From an uncultured Bacillota bacterium (GTDB lineage: Bacteria > Sysuimicrobiota > Sysuimicrobiia > Sysuimicrobiales > Segetimicrobiaceae), in contig CAWDRG010000017.1 of the NCBI GenBank assembly GCA_963804645.1, positions 794,276 to 858,275 of the forward strand: a stretch of 64,000 nt of DNA, in the 5' to 3' direction. Every line of letters begins with the position of its first letter. The first letter of the stretch is position 1. Shown here piece after piece: positions 60,272 to 64,000 of the stretch. Made by a program: the position numbers and the translations under genes. A model generated the notes under the pieces. It made no database searches, was not told where the DNA came from, and worked only from the letters and a program-made list of their open reading frames with translations.

Positions 60272-61381
60272 CTACGCCGCGGTGGTGCTCGACACGCTAT
60301 GCGCGATTGCCCAGACGAATCCTGCCAACTCCCGCGCGACGGCGACGATCGCGACTGGCCGTGGCTTATTGCGCTGGGTCAGGCGCCAGTAGCGGCGGTG
60401 AAGCCGGTCCTGCGCACGGCGGGCGATCTGCACCACTGCCGCCGGACAGCCGTGGCGTCGTTTGGTGATCGTCGCGCCGCTGCTGTTGTGATGCGAGTAG
60501 CTCCAGGCCGCTTCGACCAGGACACGGCGGAGATGCGCGTTGCCGACTTTCGTAATAGAGCCGCGGCGGGTCCTGTCTCCGCTGCTGTTCTCGGAGCACA
60601 CCAAGCCGGTGAAGTCCATGTACGCGCGGGCGTGCCCAAAGCGCCGGAAGTCCTGTGTTTCGACAATCAGTGTGATCGCGGTCAGCGTGTCGACGCCTTT
60701 CAGACAGCGCAGGCCTTGCACAAGCGCCGCATAGCTCGGCCGTTGCGCCAGTTCGAGCACCTGGGTGGTCAAACTCGCCAACCGGGCGTCGGCTTCTTCG
60801 ACCCCGCGGAGATACGCATCAAACGTCTGCTGGGCCAACGTCAACTCAAACCGTTGCTGACGGAGCCACGCGTAATGCTTCTGACTCCACGCTTGCTTGC
60901 CATCGTACAGCCGTCCTTGACGAAGGAGAAATTTGCTCAGCCGATGTCGGGCGCGCAGCCGGTCGGCCACGGCGTCTTCGCGCGCACGGACGAGGTCTCT
61001 GGCCGCTTCCTCTTCCCCGGTGGGCACCCGAATTTCCGTGAGTTGCCCCGCGCGATAGAGTTGGGCCAAGTTCTCCGCGTCACGCCGATCCGTTTTGACC
61101 CGATCGCCGGGACGCACGGGCGTCAGGCCCGGGGCGATCACCGCCGCCTGGCAGCCCAGACGATACAACTGCCGGTGCAGCGTATATCCACACGGCCCCG
61201 CCTCGTACACAAACACCGCATTCCCGTTCTTCATGATCCGTTTCACCAAGCGCTCGACGGCCCGCGCGTCGTTCTCGATCGTGCACGTCTCCTGAGGCCG
61301 CGCAACGTTTGGCGGCAGGACCGCGGCCGTGATGCTCCCTTTGTGGACATCCAGACCAACCACTATGCTATGCTGATCCAT
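60272..61381 (-). CDS. IS110 family transposase (DEDD recombinase), intact
   Basis: VGLDVHK, VYEAGPCG, VKTDRRDA, LKGVD, ENSSG..RGSITKVGN..LVEAAW, AVARELAGFVW. Confidence 0.95.
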   Translation of the reverse strand: MDQHSIVVGLDVHKGSITAAVLPPNVARPQETCTIENDARAVERLVKRIMKNGNAVFVYEAGPCGYTLHRQLYRLGCQAAVIAPGLTPVRPGDRVKTDRRDAENLAQLYRAGQLTEIRVPTGEEEAARDLVRAREDAVADRLRARHRLSKFLLRQGRLYDGKQAWSQKHYAWLRQQRFELTLAQQTFDAYLRGVEEADARLASLTTQVLELAQRPSYAALVQGLRCLKGVDTLTAITLIVETQDFRRFGHARAYMDFTGLVCSENSSGDRTRRGSITKVGNAHLRRVLVEAAWSYSHHNSSGATITKRRHGCPAAVVQIARRAQDRLHRRYWRLTQRNKPRPVAIVAVARELAGFVWAIAHSVSSTTAA

Positions 61382-61471
61382 GAGCCGGCACCCCCGTATG
61401 TGGATAGGCCTCCGTCCTGGTGGCAACCCACGTATTACGCGGGTCGCCGGCTCGTTCATCTTATCTAGCGA

Positions 61472-63946
61472 ATGGCTCGTCGGCCGAAGAAGCGGGTCAC
61501 GAAGAGACCGGCTGCCCAGCGGCCGGCACGGGCTACCCGGCCGAAGAAGCGGCCTGCGAAGAAACCGGCTGCCAAGCGGCTCGCACAGCGTCCTCGTGAA
61601 CAAAGTCCTGTCGCACCGCCGCCTCGCCGGCAGCTTCACAACCTTCCAACCCAACTCACCAGCTTCATCGGGCGTGAGCGAGAGATCGTGGAGATCAAAC
61701 GACTCCTCGGCACCACGCGCTTGCTCACGTTGACCGGATCGGGCGGCGCGGGGAAGACGCGGCTCGCCCTCGAGGCAGCAGCTGATGTGCTCGACGTGTT
61801 TCCCGACGGGATTTGGGTGACGGAGTTAGCCTCGGTCACCGACCCGGCGTTGGTGCCTCGAGTCGTTGCGGCTGCTGTGGGGGTTCGTGATGAGTCCGGG
61901 CGGCCCGTGGCCGATGTTCTCACCGGCTATCTGCAGTCGAAGCACATGCTCTTGGTGTTGGACAACTGCGAGCACCTCATCGAGGCGTGCGCTCAACTGG
62001 TCGATGCTCTCCTGCGGGCGTGTCCTTCCGTGCGCATCTTGGCGACGAGCCGGGCAGCGCTCAACATTCCCGGCGAAACGGTGTCGCGGGTGCCGTCACT
62101 TTCCCTTCCGGATCCCACGGCCCTCCCGCCCGTTGACCAACTCCTCGGCTACGAAGCCGTCCGGTTGTTCGTCGAGCGTGCCGCCGCAGCGTTCTCAACC
62201 TTCGCCCTCACGGACCAGAATGCACCCGCGGTCGTCCAGATCTGCCGGAGGCTCGACGGGATGCCGTTGGCGATCGAGCTGGCCGCCGCGCGCGTGAAGG
62301 AACTGACGCCGGAGGAGATTGCGACGCGGTTAGGTGATAGCTTCCGGCTTTTCATCAAAGGTAGCCGGATAGCGATTCCGAGACACCGAACACTGCGCGC
62401 CGTCATTGATTGGAGTTACGATCTCTTGTCGGCGTCCGAGCGAGCCGTGTTGCAGCGGTTGTCGGTTTTTGCGGGCGGTTGGACGCTAGAGGCCGCGCAG
62501 GCGATCTGCGCGGGAGATGGCGTGGAGGCAGCCGAGGTCTTCGAGCTCGTGCTCGGCCTCGTGGCCAGTTCGTTGGTCGAGCGTGCTACGCAAGGGCGTT
62601 ATGGGTTGCTGGAAACGGTGCGCCAGTACAGCTGGGAGCGACTGCAGGAGACGGGGCAGGCCGACGAAGTACGCCGGCGGCATCGCGATTGGTACCTGGA
62701 CCTGGCAGAGCGCGCAGATCCACGATTGCGGGGTCCCGAGCAAATTACGTGGTTTGAGCGGCTGGAGGCGGAACACGATAACCTGCGGGTAGCCCTGACC
62801 TACAGTATGGCCGATGCAGGCGGCGCGGAGGACACTCTACGGCTCGCGGGCGCATTGACTTGGTTTTGGTTCATCCATGGACATTGGAGCGAGGGGCGAA
62901 CCTGGCTGGAAGGAGCGTTAACGCGAGAACATGCGGCACCGCGCGCTATACGTCCCACGGGCATCAGCGGCGCCGCGTGTTTCGCCTGGCGGCAAGGCGA
63001 CTCTGCCCGCGCTACGCAACTCGGGGAGCGGGGGTTGGCACTCTGCCGTGCGCTGGACGATAAGGTGAACAGCGTTTGGATGTTGATGTGGTTGGGAATC
63101 GTGGCCCTACGGCAGATGCAGCGTGCGCGGGCGGAGGAACTGATTGAGGAAGGTGTCGCGCTGTCTCGGGAGATCGGGGATGACTGGGTTTTGGGTCTGA
63201 TGTTGGCTCAACTCGGGATCCAGGCTCGCACCCTGCGCGAATACGACCGGGCGGTGTCGATTCACACTGAGTGCCTGTCCCTGGCTAGAAAGACAGGGGA
63301 CGCATTTGCCACCGCGTATCAGCTTCGCAATCTCGCAGTAGATAGCTTTGAAAGCGAACAATACGATCGGGCGGCTGGCCACTATCTGGACAGCTTACGC
63401 CAGATCCGCCGCATCGCGGATCGGTGGATCACAGGCGAGTGCATCGACGGGTTGGCGGCCATCGCCAGCATCCGTGGGCATCACGGCACGGCGGCCCAGT
63501 TGTTTGGGGTCGGTGAGACCTTGCGGGCACTCACGGGTCATTTTCGCCCCAACGCCTCGCGTGTTCATTACGACCCCTATGTGGCCGCGACCCGAGGTGC
63601 GCTTGGCGCACAAGAGTTCAGCCGGCTGTGGAACGAGGGCGGTGCGATGCCGCTCGATGCGGGGGTCGACTTCGCGCTTGCCACACCGGACGTGCCCGCC
63701 GATGCAGCGGTGCGGGCCCGAGCGGCCGGAGACCCGAGCCCGCTCGCCTCTCGAGAACGCGAAGTCGCCATCCTGGTCGCGCAGGGCCTGTCCAACCGCG
63801 ACATTGCGACCCGTCTCGTCATCTCGGAGCGTACGGCGCAGAAGCACGTGCAGCACATCCTCAACAAATTGGGGTTCTCTTCTCGCGCCCGAATCGCCAC
63901 GTGGGTCGTGCAACGTGGGCTCCTTCCACCCTCTGAATCCCCGTAG
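61472..63946 (+). CDS. ATPase (STAND)-TPR-LuxR HTH transcriptional regulator
   Basis: LTSFIGRERE, GSGGAGKT, LVLDNCEH, LDGMPLAIELAAAR, TPRs, C-terminal REREVA..GLSNRDIA..KLG. Confidence 0.93.
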   Translation: MARRPKKRVTKRPAAQRPARATRPKKRPAKKPAAKRLAQRPREQSPVAPPPRRQLHNLPTQLTSFIGREREIVEIKRLLGTTRLLTLTGSGGAGKTRLALEAAADVLDVFPDGIWVTELASVTDPALVPRVVAAAVGVRDESGRPVADVLTGYLQSKHMLLVLDNCEHLIEACAQLVDALLRACPSVRILATSRAALNIPGETVSRVPSLSLPDPTALPPVDQLLGYEAVRLFVERAAAAFSTFALTDQNAPAVVQICRRLDGMPLAIELAAARVKELTPEEIATRLGDSFRLFIKGSRIAIPRHRTLRAVIDWSYDLLSASERAVLQRLSVFAGGWTLEAAQAICAGDGVEAAEVFELVLGLVASSLVERATQGRYGLLETVRQYSWERLQETGQADEVRRRHRDWYLDLAERADPRLRGPEQITWFERLEAEHDNLRVALTYSMADAGGAEDTLRLAGALTWFWFIHGHWSEGRTWLEGALTREHAAPRAIRPTGISGAACFAWRQGDSARATQLGERGLALCRALDDKVNSVWMLMWLGIVALRQMQRARAEELIEEGVALSREIGDDWVLGLMLAQLGIQARTLREYDRAVSIHTECLSLARKTGDAFATAYQLRNLAVDSFESEQYDRAAGHYLDSLRQIRRIADRWITGECIDGLAAIASIRGHHGTAAQLFGVGETLRALTGHFRPNASRVHYDPYVAATRGALGAQEFSRLWNEGGAMPLDAGVDFALATPDVPADAAVRARAAGDPSPLASREREVAILVAQGLSNRDIATRLVISERTAQKHVQHILNKLGFSSRARIATWVVQRGLLPPSESP
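61481..61590 (+). repeat. Two imperfect 57-bp tandem repeats encoding the basic N-terminus
   Basis: CGGCCGAAGAAGCGG...ACCGGCTGCC at 61481 and 61538. Confidence 0.75.
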
Positions 63947-64000
63947 CTCTTCCAGGCCGTAGCGGGCTCGCACGTACTCGAGTCACCCGTATACGCAATT

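Larger units (their letters stand above)
58459..61466 (-). mobile_element. Outer IS110-family element (IS1111-like layout with 3' non-coding RNA), interrupted by the inner IS110
   Basis: 11-bp subterminal IRs ATGAACGAGCC (58465-58475)/GGCTCGTTCAT (61449-61459); TCT core at both ends; intact transposase. Confidence 0.88.

Noticed and set aside
60059..61468. 469-aa plus-strand ORF inside the outer IS
   Set aside because: Antisense shadow of the IS110 transposase.

Overview
High-GC bacterial chromosomal segment. Positions 1-58.2 kb hold densely packed metabolic genes: a selenocysteine formate dehydrogenase operon (in-frame TGA plus SECIS), tRNA-Phe and tRNA-Asp, csoR-copA-copZ, Moco maturation genes, a CoxL/xanthine-dehydrogenase-family cluster with CoxDE/XdhC/MocA, an FdrA/DUF1116/DUF2877 (AllFGH-like) catabolic locus and peptide-type ABC systems. 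At 58257 a Tn7/Tn5053-like transposon end (TGT plus four 19-bp repeats) opens an accessory region. It contains the most striking structure in the window: two nested IS110-family elements. The inner element (58585-60077, +) sits inside the predicted donor-binding guide of the outer element's non-coding RNA (58459-61466, -), and its own 5' non-coding region carries guide loops matching that site. It therefore looks like an IS110 programmed to parasitise another IS110's bridge RNA. The outer element in turn lies between the putative RBS and the ATG of an ATPase-TPR-LuxR regulator. Several single-base frameshifts suggest residual sequencing indels. All calls come from motif recognition by eye; no searches or folding programs were run.
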